From assembly GCA_963668645.2 (NCBI GenBank), contig CAXXWC010000003.1, positions 160,001 through 224,000 of the forward strand: a DNA stretch of 64,000 nucleotides, written 5' to 3'. The DNA is from Desulfobacterales bacterium. GTDB lineage: Bacteria > Desulfobacterota > Desulfobacteria > Desulfobacterales > UBA2174. Within the stretch, counting starts at the first letter, position 1. Every line of letters starts with the position of its first letter. The notes under the pieces were generated by a model that saw only the letters and a program-made list of their open reading frames with translations, was not told where the DNA came from and ran no database searches. Shown in pieces: positions 44,045 through 54,448 of the stretch. The translations under genes were made by a program, and so were the position numbers.

Positions 44045-45115
44045 CTACCGCCCCAGTTGATAGCGGCGTACCGCCAGCCGGTGTTCGGCGTAGGTGGCCG
44101 AAAACTGGTGGGTGCCGTCGTTGCGCGAAACAAAGAACAAATAGTCGCTGGCGGCCGGGAAAAGGGCCGCCTCTAGGGCCGCGGCCCCGGGGCTGGCGAT
44201 GGGCCCCGGCGGCAGCCCTTTGATCAGATAGGTATTGTAAGGCGTCCGGGTGGCCAAGTGGCGGCGCGTCAGGTTGCCGTCGAAATCCTCGATCCCATAG
44301 ATCACGGTGGGATCGGTCTCGAGACGCATACCGCGCCGCAGCCGGTTGTGGAAGACCGCGCTGATCAGAGGGCGCTCGGACGCATCGCCGGTCTCTTTCT
44401 CGATGATCGAGGCCAGGGTCACCACCTGGTGCACGGTCCAGTCCATCTCACGGGCACGGGCCCGCCACTGCGGACCGAAGACCTGGTCGAAGCGGGCCTT
44501 CATTGCCAGGATCATGTCCTGCGCCGCGGCGCCCCTGGCAAAACGATAGGTGTCCGGGAAAAGATAGCCTTCGAAGCTTGCGGCCGTGATCCCGGCCCGG
44601 GCCGCCAGTTCCCGGTCATGGGCTGCCGCCTGGAAAACGGCGGCCTGGGCCAGTCCCGCATCATCCAGCAGGGCGCCGATCTGCCTCAGGTTGTACCCTT
44701 CCGGAATGGTGACGCGATGCAGTTGCACCTTGCCGCGCACCAGCGCATCGAGCATCTCCAGGGGTGTCATGGCCGGAGAAAGCAGGTACTCACCGGCCTG
44801 CAGCAACTTGTCGCTCCCCTTCAGGCGGGCCAGAAGCCGGAACTTGAGCGGCGCACGAATCAGCCCGGCGCCGGCCAGATCGTCCGCGATCCGGCTCATC
44901 GCGCGACCGTGGGCGATCTGGACGATCCGCTCGGCGCCGTCCCTGTCGGCGGGCTGCCGGGCGTATTCCCAAAGGTCCAGGCCGACGGCCGTCAGCCCGC
45001 AAAAAGCTACGAAGAAAATCAATAAAACGGCGGAAAAAAGTTTTCGTGCCAAGAGCCACTCCGGTGGGTTGACCTGTCGCCGGGGCAACGGTCGGACTGT
45101 AAGGTCGCGCCACAC
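44045..45115 (-). CDS. mltG: Endolytic transglycosylase
   Basis: TIPEG, EGYLFPDTY, LASIIEKE, DPTVIYG, GLPPGPI; start uncertain. Confidence 0.94.
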   Translation of the reverse strand: MWRDLTVRPLPRRQVNPPEWLLARKLFSAVLLIFFVAFCGLTAVGLDLWEYARQPADRDGAERIVQIAHGRAMSRIADDLAGAGLIRAPLKFRLLARLKGSDKLLQAGEYLLSPAMTPLEMLDALVRGKVQLHRVTIPEGYNLRQIGALLDDAGLAQAAVFQAAAHDRELAARAGITAASFEGYLFPDTYRFARGAAAQDMILAMKARFDQVFGPQWRARAREMDWTVHQVVTLASIIEKETGDASERPLISAVFHNRLRRGMRLETDPTVIYGIEDFDGNLTRRHLATRTPYNTYLIKGLPPGPIASPGAAALEAALFPAASDYLFFVSRNDGTHQFSATYAEHRLAVRRYQLGR

Positions 45116-45322
45116 TATAGGGCAGGCACCGGCCGGTTGTCAAAAACCGCAAAAAAAACCGAAACGCTTTTCCTTGACATTCACGGACAAAGCCAATAAG
45201 GATCCCCGGTAAGGCAAAACCCTTGCAAAACGAGGGGTTGTAAAAAATGCCGTAGATTTATTGAATGAATCATTCTTTAATTCGGGCCACTGGTGCGGCC
45301 CAAAACGGCGAGGGAAAATCGC

Positions 45323-45538
45323 ATGGTCGAAGCCCAGAAAAAACCCAAGTTGAAGGAGCACAGGATCAATCAGGCCTGGTGCAAGGGGTGCGGTATCTGT
45401 GTGGCATTTTGCCCCAAGAACGTACTTGAACTCGACGACAAGGAAAAGGCGGTGGCAGCCCGGCCCGAAGACTGCATCGCCTGCAAGCTTTGCGAACTCA
45501 GGTGTCCTGACCTGGCCATCGAAATCATCACGGAGTAA
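45323..45538 (+). CDS. korD: 2x[4Fe-4S] ferredoxin, delta subunit of 2-oxoacid:acceptor oxidoreductase
   Basis: CKGCGICVAFCP and CIACKLCELRCP; first gene of the operon. Confidence 0.85.
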   Translation: MVEAQKKPKLKEHRINQAWCKGCGICVAFCPKNVLELDDKEKAVAARPEDCIACKLCELRCPDLAIEIITE

Positions 45539-45547
45539 AGTGCTGCG

Positions 45548-46696
45548 ATGAAACCAAATGTCAGATTTGTTCAGGGAAACGAGGCCTGCGTGGAAGGGGC
45601 CCTGTATGCCGGGCTGCAATTTTTTGCCGGCTATCCCATCACGCCGTCAACGGAAATCGCCGAGGGTCTCTCGGCCCGGCTGCCGCAGATCGGCGGCAAG
45701 TTTATCCAGATGGAGGACGAGATCGCCTCCATGTGCGCCATCATCGGGGCCTCGCTCACCGGCCACAAGGTGATGACGGCCACCAGCGGACCGGGATTCT
45801 CCCTTAAACAAGAGGCCCTGGGCTATGCGGTGATGGCCGAGATCCCCTGTGTGATCGTCAACGTGCAGCGCGGCGGGCCGTCCACCGGCAACCCCACCCA
45901 CGTGGCCCAGGGTGACGTGATGCAGGCGCGCTGGGGAACCCACGGCGATCACGCCATCGTTGCCATGACCGCCTCGAACCACCAGGACGTATTCGCCGTC
46001 ACGGTGGAGGCCTTCAACATCGCCGAGACCTACCGCACGCCGGTTGTCCTGCTGTTCGATGAGGTCGTAGGCCACATGCGCGAAAAGCTGACCATTCCCG
46101 AACCGGGAGAAATTGCGCTGGTCGAGCGGCTGCACACCTCGTTGCCCGGGGGGGTGGACTACCACCCCTATCTGCCGCGCGAGGACGGCCGGCTGCCGAT
46201 GAGCGATTTCGGCGGGGTGCACCGTTACAACGTCACCGGACTGTTTCACGACATGTGGGGCTTTCCGTCGGACAACCCGGGAGTAGTCCACGGCCTGATG
46301 CGCCACCTGGTGGACAAAATCGAAAACAACACCTACAAAATGGCACGGTACAAGGAGTATTTCCTCGATGACGCCGAGACCGTGTTCATCTCCTACGGCA
46401 GTTCGGCCCGTTCGGCCCTGCACGTGGTGCGCAACCGCCGGGCCCGGGGCGAACGGCTCGGGCTGCTCGAACTGCAGACCCTGTGGCCCTTTCCGGCCGC
46501 CATCGTGCGCGAAAAGTGCAGCCAGGCTCGCTCGGTGGTAGTGGCCGAGATGAACACCGGCCAGATCATGCGGGAGGTCAAGGCAGCCGTGAGCGAACCG
46601 GAAAAGGTCTTTTTGGCCAACCGCATCGACGGCACCCTGATCACGCCTACCGATATTCGCAACATCCTGCGGCTCATCCAGGGGAGAGGAGTCTGA
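45548..46696 (+). CDS. korA: 2-oxoacid:ferredoxin oxidoreductase alpha subunit
   Basis: AGYPITPSTE, QMEDE, TATSGPG, QRGGPSTG. Confidence 0.9.
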   Translation: MKPNVRFVQGNEACVEGALYAGLQFFAGYPITPSTEIAEGLSARLPQIGGKFIQMEDEIASMCAIIGASLTGHKVMTATSGPGFSLKQEALGYAVMAEIPCVIVNVQRGGPSTGNPTHVAQGDVMQARWGTHGDHAIVAMTASNHQDVFAVTVEAFNIAETYRTPVVLLFDEVVGHMREKLTIPEPGEIALVERLHTSLPGGVDYHPYLPREDGRLPMSDFGGVHRYNVTGLFHDMWGFPSDNPGVVHGLMRHLVDKIENNTYKMARYKEYFLDDAETVFISYGSSARSALHVVRNRRARGERLGLLELQTLWPFPAAIVREKCSQARSVVVAEMNTGQIMREVKAAVSEPEKVFLANRIDGTLITPTDIRNILRLIQGRGV

Positions 46697-46699
46697 CCC

Positions 46700-47503
46700 A
46701 TGGCTGTCAAAGATTATATTCGTGAACGGTTTTTTCCGCACATCTGGTGCGCCGGCTGCGGCCACGGCATCATTCTCAACAGCCTGCTGCGGGCCGTGGA
46801 ATCGCTCGGCATGAGCAAAAACGAAATCGTGATGGCCTCGGGGATCGGCTGTTCGAGCCGCATCTCGGGGTATCTCGACTTTCATACCCTGCATACGATT
46901 CACGGTCGGGCCCTGGCCTTTGCCACGGGGGTCAAGCTGAGCCGCCCGGAGCTGAACCTGATCGTGCCCATGGGCGACGGGGACGCGTTGGCCATCGGCG
47001 GCAACCACTTCATCCACGCGGCCCGGCGCAACATCGACATCACCGCCATCGTGATGAACAACCGCATCTACGGGATGACCGGGGGCCAGTTCTCTCCCCT
47101 TTCGGGTTACGGGATCATGGCCACCACGGCCCCCTATGCCACCGTGGACCAGGGCTTCGACGTGGTCGAGCTGGCCCGCGCGGCCGGGGCCACCTTCGTG
47201 GCCCGTTCGACCACCTACCATGTGCAGCAGCTGACCAAGCTGCTGCGCGAAGCGATCCTGCACGAAGGCTTTTCGGTGGTCGAGGTCCTGACCCAGTGCC
47301 CGACCTATTTCGGGCGGCGCAACAAGCAGGGCGGGGCGGTGGAAATGATGAACTGGCTCAAGGACAACACCACGCCGGTGGGCTCCAAGGCCAAGGCGGA
47401 AAACCCGGCCCTGATCGAACGCGGCGTCTTCGTACAAAAGGAGCTGCCCGAGTACTGCAAGGCTTACGACCAGGTCATCGAACGGGCCCAGAAAGGAAAA
47501 TAG
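46700..47503 (+). CDS. korB: 2-oxoacid:ferredoxin oxidoreductase beta subunit
   Basis: WCAGCG, GIGCS, TPP motif GDGD...NN, YGMTGGQ. Confidence 0.9.
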   Translation: MAVKDYIRERFFPHIWCAGCGHGIILNSLLRAVESLGMSKNEIVMASGIGCSSRISGYLDFHTLHTIHGRALAFATGVKLSRPELNLIVPMGDGDALAIGGNHFIHAARRNIDITAIVMNNRIYGMTGGQFSPLSGYGIMATTAPYATVDQGFDVVELARAAGATFVARSTTYHVQQLTKLLREAILHEGFSVVEVLTQCPTYFGRRNKQGGAVEMMNWLKDNTTPVGSKAKAENPALIERGVFVQKELPEYCKAYDQVIERAQKGK

Positions 47504-47505
47504 CC

Positions 47506-48045
47506 ATGGAAAGATGCAGAATCGTATTTTCCGGCTCCGGCGGCCAGGGGGTGATCACGGCGGCCATCCTGCTGGCCGAGGCGGCGGTGATCGAAGAAGG
47601 GCTCAACGCGGTGCAGACCCAGGTCTACGGCGCGGCGGCCCGGGGCGGGGCCACGCGCTCGGACGTGATCGTGGCCGAAGAGGAGATCTTCTTTCCCAAG
47701 GTGCTCCAGCCCAACGTGCTCGTGTGCCTGACCCAGGAGGCCTATAACAAGTTTTATCCCATCATCCGGCCCGGGGGGCTGTTGATCACCGATCCGCGCT
47801 ACGTCCAGCTCGAACGCAAGGTGGACGCCCGCCAGCGCCAGCTGGACATGTTCCGCACGGTGATGGATCGCATCGGCAAGCCCATCGTGTTCAACATCTG
47901 CATGCTCGGGGCGGTCATCACCCTGACCGGGCTGATCAAGCCCGAATCGGTGATGAAGATGCTCGAACGGCGCCTTCCCGCGGCTTTTATCGACATGAAC
48001 CGACAGGCCCTGGAGATCGGCATCGAACTGGCCGAGGCAGCCTAG
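47506..48045 (+). CDS. korC: 2-oxoacid:ferredoxin oxidoreductase gamma subunit
   Basis: GSGGQG, YGAAARGG, NICMLGA; real start at 47506 inside the longer track ORF. Confidence 0.88.
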   Translation: MERCRIVFSGSGGQGVITAAILLAEAAVIEEGLNAVQTQVYGAAARGGATRSDVIVAEEEIFFPKVLQPNVLVCLTQEAYNKFYPIIRPGGLLITDPRYVQLERKVDARQRQLDMFRTVMDRIGKPIVFNICMLGAVITLTGLIKPESVMKMLERRLPAAFIDMNRQALEIGIELAEAA

Positions 48046-48067
48046 AGCATCGCGCGATCCTCTTGCC

Positions 48068-48104
48068 AGCGCCACCCTGCCGCGGCAGGGTGGCGCTTTG
48101 TATT
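48068..48104 (+). terminator. Perfect 30-bp palindrome, probable terminator of the kor operon
   Basis: AGCGCCACCCTGCCGCGGCAGGGTGGCGCT followed by a T-rich tail. Confidence 0.65.
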
Positions 48105-48111
48105 CCCGGCT

Positions 48112-49272
48112 ATGGCTTCTGGAACCGAAAACGCCGCCGGCATCTACATTCACCTGCCGTTTTGCCGGCGCAAATGCCCTTACTGCGATTTTTATTCGGT
48201 GCCCGGCAACGGCTCAGGCCGCCGGGCGTTTCTCGATGCGCTGCACCGCGAGTCGGCCCTGCGCGCCGCGCCGCGGCTCAACCCGGACACCCTCTACTTC
48301 GGGGGCGGCACCCCTTCCCTCTTTACCCCCTGGCAGATCGCGGGCCTCATCGAAATGGTGCGCGCGGACTTCGGTCTGGCCGCCGGGGCCGAAATCACTC
48401 TGGAAGCCAATCCCGGCACACTTCGGCCCGAGAACCTGATCGCCTATCGCCGCGCCGGGGTCAACCGCCTCAACCTCGGGGTCCAATCCTTTGATGACCG
48501 CTGCCTGGCCTTTCTCGGGCGGATCCATGATGCGGCCCAATCCCGGCAGGCGATCGACCAGGCCAGGGCCGCCGGCTTCGAAAACATCGGCATCGACCTG
48601 ATCTATGCCCTGCCGGGCCAGACAGGCAACGCCTGGCGGAGCGAACTGGCCATGGCCCTGGAACGGACGCCGGCCCATCTCTCCTGCTACATTCTGACCT
48701 ATGCCCCGGGAACCCCGCTGGACGACCAGCGCCGGCAGGGCCGGGTGCGGCCCCTGAACGACACCCAGGTGGCGGCCCTGTTTGAAACCACGGTCGAAAC
48801 CCTGATCGGTGCCGGATTCGTCCATTACGAAATTTCCAATTTTGCCCTGAACGGCCACCCGCCCCTCTGGTCTTGCCACAATCGCAAATACTGGAACGGC
48901 AGCGCCTACCTGGGCCTCGGTCCGGCGGCCCATTCCTTCGACGGGATCCACCGCAACTGGAACGATGCGGATCTGGACGGCTATCTGGATGCCTTAATAC
49001 ACGGGAAGCGGCCACCGGGGGGCGTGGAAAGCCTGACGGTGGAGCAACGGATGAGCGAGGCACTTCTTCTCGGCCTGCGCCAGACCGAGGGGATTGACAC
49101 CGCCCTTTTCGAGGCCCGCTTCGCAGTCGACTTCGAGCGTCTCTTCGGCCCGGTACTGGCCGATCTGGCCGAATCCGGGCTGGCCAGGACCGAATCGGGC
49201 CGCCTGCGGCTGACCCGGCGCGGCCTGCTGGTGGCCGACGCCGTGGCGGTGCGGATGGCGGGCTGCTTTTGA
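48112..49272 (+). CDS. hemW: Radical SAM heme chaperone
   Basis: YIHLPFCRRKCPYCDF, GGGTPS, YEISNF, HNRKYW. Confidence 0.93.
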   Translation: MASGTENAAGIYIHLPFCRRKCPYCDFYSVPGNGSGRRAFLDALHRESALRAAPRLNPDTLYFGGGTPSLFTPWQIAGLIEMVRADFGLAAGAEITLEANPGTLRPENLIAYRRAGVNRLNLGVQSFDDRCLAFLGRIHDAAQSRQAIDQARAAGFENIGIDLIYALPGQTGNAWRSELAMALERTPAHLSCYILTYAPGTPLDDQRRQGRVRPLNDTQVAALFETTVETLIGAGFVHYEISNFALNGHPPLWSCHNRKYWNGSAYLGLGPAAHSFDGIHRNWNDADLDGYLDALIHGKRPPGGVESLTVEQRMSEALLLGLRQTEGIDTALFEARFAVDFERLFGPVLADLAESGLARTESGRLRLTRRGLLVADAVAVRMAGCF

Positions 49273-49273
49273 A

Positions 49274-49418
49274 AAGGCGCAGGGCAGAAGGCCTGGGGCA
49301 GAAAACAGAAGACGGCCCCTTCCCCAGCTGTTCTCTGTCTTCTGATCGCGGTTGAAAACCGCTTCCACTGTCCCGTTCTCTGTCCTCCGCCCTCTTTCTT
49401 TTCCGTCCTCCGATCCTC
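49274..49418. repeat. Degenerate heptamer repeats in inverted arms
   Basis: AGGGCAG AAGGCCT GGGGCAG AAAACAG AAGACGG opposed by CTGTTCT CTGTCTT and CCGTTCT CTGTCCT CCGCCCT. Confidence 0.55.
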
Positions 49419-50711
49419 TCAGGTCGACAAGGTCTTGATCAGCACACTGAGATAAAAACGCGCGTGACTGATGGGGGCCGCCATGTTGGCCCGGTGGTTG
49501 GCCAGAATCCCGCTCAGGCTGCTGTTGGTGATCACGATGGGATCGATCTCAATGGCATGGTGGCACGATTCGATGGCGTGGTGGAGCACTTCGATGCCGC
49601 GACGGGCCTCGATGGTGGGGTAAAAGTCTTTTTCAATGGCATGTAAGATTTCGTACAGGGCGCTGGCCACTCCCTTGGCGTAAAAGAAGTAGTCGTCCGC
49701 GGCAAAAAAGCTCACCTCGGTGCCATCATCTTCTTTGGCCTTGACCAGGTTTTCATCGCAACTTCCCAGCAGGTCTTCGTAGGCCACCAGCAAAGGGATG
49801 AGGTTGTCGGTGCGGGTCCAGAAGCGCGCCTCGCCCCGCTTGAGCCTATCCCGGTATATGGCCAGTTCCTTGAGCCCGTCTTTGTACTTGCCCTCCGGTG
49901 AGGGGAACCAGTAGCGATCGGCCGAAACCATGAACCAGTTCATGGCGTTTTCCAGATTCTTGTCGAAGGATTCGGTGCTGCCGGCCCGGGAAATGCGTTC
50001 GGCCAGGGTCACCGCCGTGCGCCGGGTCACTTCCAGAACCCCGAGCTGGTAATTGTTGACGTTGTCGGTAAAATCGATGATGTCGTTGGGCCGCCAGCCC
50101 CAGAAGCGATCATACAGTTCGTGGTGCATCGTCTTGATGACCGCATCCACAAAGGCCACGCCTTTAACCGATGGGGCGCCTTGCGCAGCCCCATGTTCGC
50201 CCGCAACGCTATGAGCGGCAACGGGATGGGATGGCGCAGAGGCCTTGGCAGCGGTGTGCGTGGCCGGCGCATGGGCTTGTGGGGCCGCCGCCGTCTGCCC
50301 CTCGTCCGCATGGGAAGCCGGACCATGGGCGGCTGCCTCGGGCTGTTGGTGGTCGGCGGACGCATGCGGCTCAGCGCCGGCATCATGGGCGGCCGCAGGA
50401 GCCGGGGCCTGTACATGAGACGCTTCGCCGGCCGGCGTATGGTCACCGGTGGTGTGGGCCGCAGTGGCGGTTTCGTGGGCGGCCGGTGTCCCGGTGGTGG
50501 CATGCGCCTCCTGGCTGGTTACGTGAGCCGACGGCGCCGGTTGTGTCTTCCGGTCCGACACCCAACCGGCCACGGTGGCCGTGACCCATAACAGCGCGAT
50601 GAACAAAACGATGACCACCGCCATCCGTTTGGTGGCAAAACGCTTGAAGTCCGATGGGTTCTCCGGCGCCTGATCCTGTCCAGCTTCGGTTTGGTTATCC
50701 ATATCTGCCAT
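49419..50711 (-). CDS. DUF2333-like membrane-anchored protein with His/Ala/Pro-rich linker
   Basis: N-terminal TM helix; GWRPND, DNVNNYQLG, DDYFFYAKG, ANHRANMA. Confidence 0.75.
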   Translation of the reverse strand: MADMDNQTEAGQDQAPENPSDFKRFATKRMAVVIVLFIALLWVTATVAGWVSDRKTQPAPSAHVTSQEAHATTGTPAAHETATAAHTTGDHTPAGEASHVQAPAPAAAHDAGAEPHASADHQQPEAAAHGPASHADEGQTAAAPQAHAPATHTAAKASAPSHPVAAHSVAGEHGAAQGAPSVKGVAFVDAVIKTMHHELYDRFWGWRPNDIIDFTDNVNNYQLGVLEVTRRTAVTLAERISRAGSTESFDKNLENAMNWFMVSADRYWFPSPEGKYKDGLKELAIYRDRLKRGEARFWTRTDNLIPLLVAYEDLLGSCDENLVKAKEDDGTEVSFFAADDYFFYAKGVASALYEILHAIEKDFYPTIEARRGIEVLHHAIESCHHAIEIDPIVITNSSLSGILANHRANMAAPISHARFYLSVLIKTLST

Positions 50712-50760
50712 GGCTCAATCTTTCGTATTGATGGGTTGATCGCCGCCTCAAGGACAGCGA

Positions 50761-52674
50761 CTAGCTCGAACGACGCAGCTTTCTGACCTCGCCGACACGA
50801 ATGGTGACGTTTTGCCCGTCGAAGTATTCGGCCAAGGGGATCAGATACTTGCGCGAAACCCCGGTCATGTCCTTGAACTGCGGTGTGCTGATGTCACCGT
50901 TGGCTTTGAGAAAATCGACCAGGCGATCCCTGAGGGCATCGATGACCCGGTGATCGAAATAAAGGTCTTCCTTGACCTTGATCAGTTCTCCCGCATTGAC
51001 CAGAAGCAGGAGCACATCCTTGGCCTGGGCAGGGGGGACGCCGGCCCCCTGGACCAGCTCCTTGAAATAGGGCGGCTGCAATCCGCCACTTCGGTAGGCC
51101 TCCAGGAACCGCCCCTGCAGCTCGCTCTGGTCGGCGGCCAAAGAGATGCGGTGATCGGCCAGGCGCACCGCATCTTCCTCGATCACCAGGTCCTGTTCCT
51201 TGCCCATCTGGTTGAGCACCAGGGTAAAGAGCTTGGGGCTGGCACCCCTGGGAAACTTGCTTCGAAGCTCCTCTTTGGGCATTCCGGCCTTGAGAGGATT
51301 GGCCTTGTGATAACGTGCCAGCACCGCCCGGCACTGATCCCTGAGGGCCTCGAAGCTGTCGCTATGGATGTATGTCTGCGGATCGCGGTCGATGAGCAGG
51401 GCTGCACGCCGGGACATGAGTTGGGCCAACACGCTTTCCAGGGCCTTGTCGGTCAGATTGGTCATCAATCGCAGGTGGCCCAGGCTAACCCCCTTGAAGG
51501 CGGCGGCCGCCAGACTCTGGGTCACCACGGTTTCGGCAGATCCCCCGTTCAAGGCGCCAAGAGCGGCCGACACCTCAACCCGGCCCCGCTTATGCTTGGC
51601 CGGAATGGGATTGAGCACCTTGCCGCCGGCCACGGTGCGTACCGGCGAATAACTGCGCAGCACGTAGCGGTCGTCCTTGACCAGGGCCACCGGCGTGTCC
51701 AGGCGCAGTTGGGCCATCGCCTGTTCGCCGGGTTCGACTTCGTCGCGATCCAGCAGCACCAATACGCCCAGCACCTCGCTGGTGCCGGTGTGAAAGCGCA
51801 CCCGGACGCGGTTTTTGAGCGCCTTTTTGTTGCTGGCCAGGCAAAGCAGGGAAACGTCGACCATGTAGCTGGACGCCAGGGCCCCAGAGGTCGAAACCAC
51901 CTCCCCGCGCTCCACGGCCGCCTTTTCCAGGCCCTGAAGATTGATGGCGGTGCGCTGGCCCACCAGGGCCTCTTCCACCGCAGCGTTGTGCACCTGGATC
52001 CCGCGCACCTTGCTGGTGAGCCCGGAAGGATAAAGCATCACGCTGTCGCCCACCCGCACCCGGCCGCTGCTCAGGGTGCCGGTGATCACCGTGCCGAAGC
52101 CCTTCATGGTAAAAACCCGGTCCACCGGGAGGCGGAACAGCCCGGTGGGTTCGCGTGAGGGCACATCAGTCGCCAGCCGGTCCAGGGTGGCGATAAAGTC
52201 CTCCAGCCCCTGGCCGGTCACCGCCGACACCGGCACGATGGGGGCCCCTTCAAGGAAGGTGCCGGCCAGGTAGTCCCTCACGTCCTCCTGGGCCAAGTCA
52301 AGCATTTCCGCATCGACCATGTCGATCTTGGTCAGGGCCACAAATCCGTGGTGTACCCCGAGCAGGGTGCAGATCTCCATATGCTCGCGGGTCTGGGGCA
52401 TCACGCCTTCGTCGGCAGCGATCACCAGCACCACGATATCGATCCCGGTGGCCCCGGCCACCATGTTCTTGACGAATTTTTCGTGGCCGGGCACATCAAC
52501 GATTCCGATACGCAACCCGCTGGGAAGATCCAGGACGGCAAAGCCGAGTTCGATGGTGATGCCGCGCAGCTGTTCTTCCTTGAGCCGGTCGGTGTTGATC
52601 CCGGTCAGGGCTTTGATCAGAGAAGTCTTCCCGTGGTCGATATGTCCGGCTGTGCCGAGGACGATCCGTTTCAT
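50761..52674 (-). CDS. selB: Selenocysteine-specific elongation factor
   Basis: [27 protein letters not shown]-terminal SRKYLIPL winged helix. Confidence 0.96.
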   Translation of the reverse strand: MKRIVLGTAGHIDHGKTSLIKALTGINTDRLKEEQLRGITIELGFAVLDLPSGLRIGIVDVPGHEKFVKNMVAGATGIDIVVLVIAADEGVMPQTREHMEICTLLGVHHGFVALTKIDMVDAEMLDLAQEDVRDYLAGTFLEGAPIVPVSAVTGQGLEDFIATLDRLATDVPSREPTGLFRLPVDRVFTMKGFGTVITGTLSSGRVRVGDSVMLYPSGLTSKVRGIQVHNAAVEEALVGQRTAINLQGLEKAAVERGEVVSTSGALASSYMVDVSLLCLASNKKALKNRVRVRFHTGTSEVLGVLVLLDRDEVEPGEQAMAQLRLDTPVALVKDDRYVLRSYSPVRTVAGGKVLNPIPAKHKRGRVEVSAALGALNGGSAETVVTQSLAAAAFKGVSLGHLRLMTNLTDKALESVLAQLMSRRAALLIDRDPQTYIHSDSFEALRDQCRAVLARYHKANPLKAGMPKEELRSKFPRGASPKLFTLVLNQMGKEQDLVIEEDAVRLADHRISLAADQSELQGRFLEAYRSGGLQPPYFKELVQGAGVPPAQAKDVLLLLVNAGELIKVKEDLYFDHRVIDALRDRLVDFLKANGDISTPQFKDMTGVSRKYLIPLAEYFDGQNVTIRVGEVRKLRRSS

Positions 52675-52868
52675 GAATTTGATTTCGGCTCCCGGTCCCG
52701 ATCCTGTCGCTTGCGACGCCAAGCCTCGGTAATATAGGCCATACCCACCAGAAAAACGGCCAATCCGATGGCATAGCCGATCCCGGCGTGCGGATAGAAA
52801 AAACGCAGGAGCAGCACGGCAAAAACGACGCCGAGAACTGCACGGATGGCAAAGATCTGGTAGTGCAT
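52671..52868 (-). CDS. Small membrane protein (two TM helices)
   Basis: Two hydrophobic helices and a basic tail; stop overlaps the selB start. Confidence 0.65.
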   Translation of the reverse strand: MHYQIFAIRAVLGVVFAVLLLRFFYPHAGIGYAIGLAVFLVGMAYITEAWRRKRQDRDREPKSNS

Positions 52869-53064
52869 CAACAGGTCCGTCCCGTGCGGCAATGCCCGCG
52901 GGCCTAGGCATCTTCATAGGATCGCCGGCCCGCATAAGCGGTTTAAGATCGAAAAATACTGTCGGATCTTATAGTAGGATGACCTCCGGGGTCAATACCG
53001 AGAGGGCATGAGTTTTGCTCTTGCCAGTTTCTTCAGGGTCTGCTACAAGACCATTTTCGCTTGT

Positions 53065-53141
53065 GGTGGGTGTAGCTCAGTTGGTAGAGCACCGGGTTGT
53101 GGCCCCGGTTGTCGTGGGTTCAAGTCCCATCACTCACCCCA
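53065..53141 (+). tRNA. tRNA-His (GTG)
   Basis: G-1 plus GTGGGTGTAGCTCAGTTGGTAGAGCACCGGGTTGTGGCCCCGG...GTTCAAGTCCCATCACTCACCCCA. Confidence 0.96.
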
Positions 53142-53158
53142 CTAAAAGCAAAGCCCCG

Positions 53159-53195
53159 GCAAGACCACGGTCCGAAGACCGTGGTCTTGCTTTTT
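53159..53195 (+). terminator. Terminator-like hairpin after tRNA-His
   Basis: GCAAGACCACGGTC/GACCGTGGTCTTGC stem followed by T5. Confidence 0.75.
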
Positions 53196-53264
53196 CCTCT
53201 GGCGTGGGTTAACAGCAACAGACATTGAAAATCGGGACGGGTTCCTGCCCATCCCCCCCCCTTA

Positions 53265-53341
<77 letters not shown>

Positions 53342-53348
53342 GAAAATC

Positions 53349-53390
53349 AAGCGGTTACGGCATCACAAGCCGTAACCGCTTCTTTGTTTT
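53349..53390 (+). terminator. Intrinsic terminator after tRNA-Arg
   Basis: AAGCGGTTACGGC/GCCGTAACCGCTT stem with T-rich tail. Confidence 0.8.
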
Positions 53391-53729
53391 CCACCCTGTG
53401 CGACCGTTACAAAAAACGGCATCTTCCAGTTCTTGGCGGCGTTCTGGTGTATTTTCAATCCCCGAAATTGCCGACTATGCCTCCGGTGAAAAACTCCATT
53501 GAGCCTTGCCAGGAAACAAAATATAGAATTTCCTAACGGACATTATATATACTGCCATCGCAGGTCCTCATGCGATGTTGCAACCGATTTCAACTGCTCC
53601 CATATGCTCGAAATGTCCTGCTTTTCGCGCAGAGCAGCTATTCAATTCTTCCCGCCGTCCGACCCAATTTAAAGTCCAACGCTTTACGTCCTTTTGGTGA
53701 AATCAGCAGATCTTGGGTTCACCGAGAAT

Positions 53730-53895
53730 TACTGTCCCATCTTGCCTTGAAGGGCCAAATACGATATAAATCGCCTTCTTTTCACAAATCCCACATCTTC
53801 GGGGTGCTTCTGGCCATGAAACAACCGATAGCGAAAAATTCAGCAGGATTTCTCGGAACTCGGCACATTATAAAGGTAAAACGGTCGAATGGGGT
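53730..53895 (-). pseudogene. Relic N-terminal SAM-like domain of an integron-integrase-type tyrosine recombinase
   Basis: Minus strand reads SEKSC*IFRYRLFHGQKHPEDVG...FISYLALQGK, resembling the IntI-type pattern TE..Y..WI.RFI.FHGKRHP.EMG...FL.HLA; TGA at the Trp position. Confidence 0.5.
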
Positions 53896-54135
53896 CGGTG
53901 CCAGCCTGCATATCGAGCTATTTGGAGGTCGGCAGAGCCCCTACCACCGACCGCTGCACGAGTTGTTTGACCGGATCGGAGGTTCTCGCAAAGCAGATAG
54001 TTTCGGCGGCCATCCTATTATCGCCTGCTTGATTTGCACTATATCATAATAGCGTATTGTACGCTGGGCCGTTCCAGGAGAAAATGAATGCCAGAAAAAA
54101 AAGAAGCAATTAAGGCAAGAAGAACCCATTTGGAT

Positions 54136-54438
54136 ATGAAAATTTCAATCTTTGATGTCCCACCATGTGGGGATGTTTTGGTTCTCGCAAAACATGCACC
54201 TGTCGGTCCCAAAGCCGCTCAGAAAATGATGGACACAATATGTCCAGGGTTATTTGAACTTGTGGAAATAGATGATGACATCATTGAGGCGCTTATCGTT
54301 AAACGCCAACTGTTCCTTATGGCTGACAAGCAATCGATAGTTAGCGCGATCCTTGAGGAGACAAAGATCTTTATGTCTCCACAATTAATGGCCAAAATTG
54401 AAGTGGATATTAAAATATTGGTTTCCAAAGCCATATAG
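54136..54438 (+). CDS. Hypothetical protein, likely co-transcribed with the CBS kinase
   Basis: Low-GC 100-aa ORF ending 10 nt before the kinase start. Confidence 0.7.
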   Translation: MKISIFDVPPCGDVLVLAKHAPVGPKAAQKMMDTICPGLFELVEIDDDIIEALIVKRQLFLMADKQSIVSAILEETKIFMSPQLMAKIEVDIKILVSKAI

Positions 54439-54448
54439 ATAGACAAGT

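Noticed and set aside
50761..52674. Selenoprotein genes near selB
   Set aside because: No in-frame TGA at a conserved Cys position was seen in neighbouring genes
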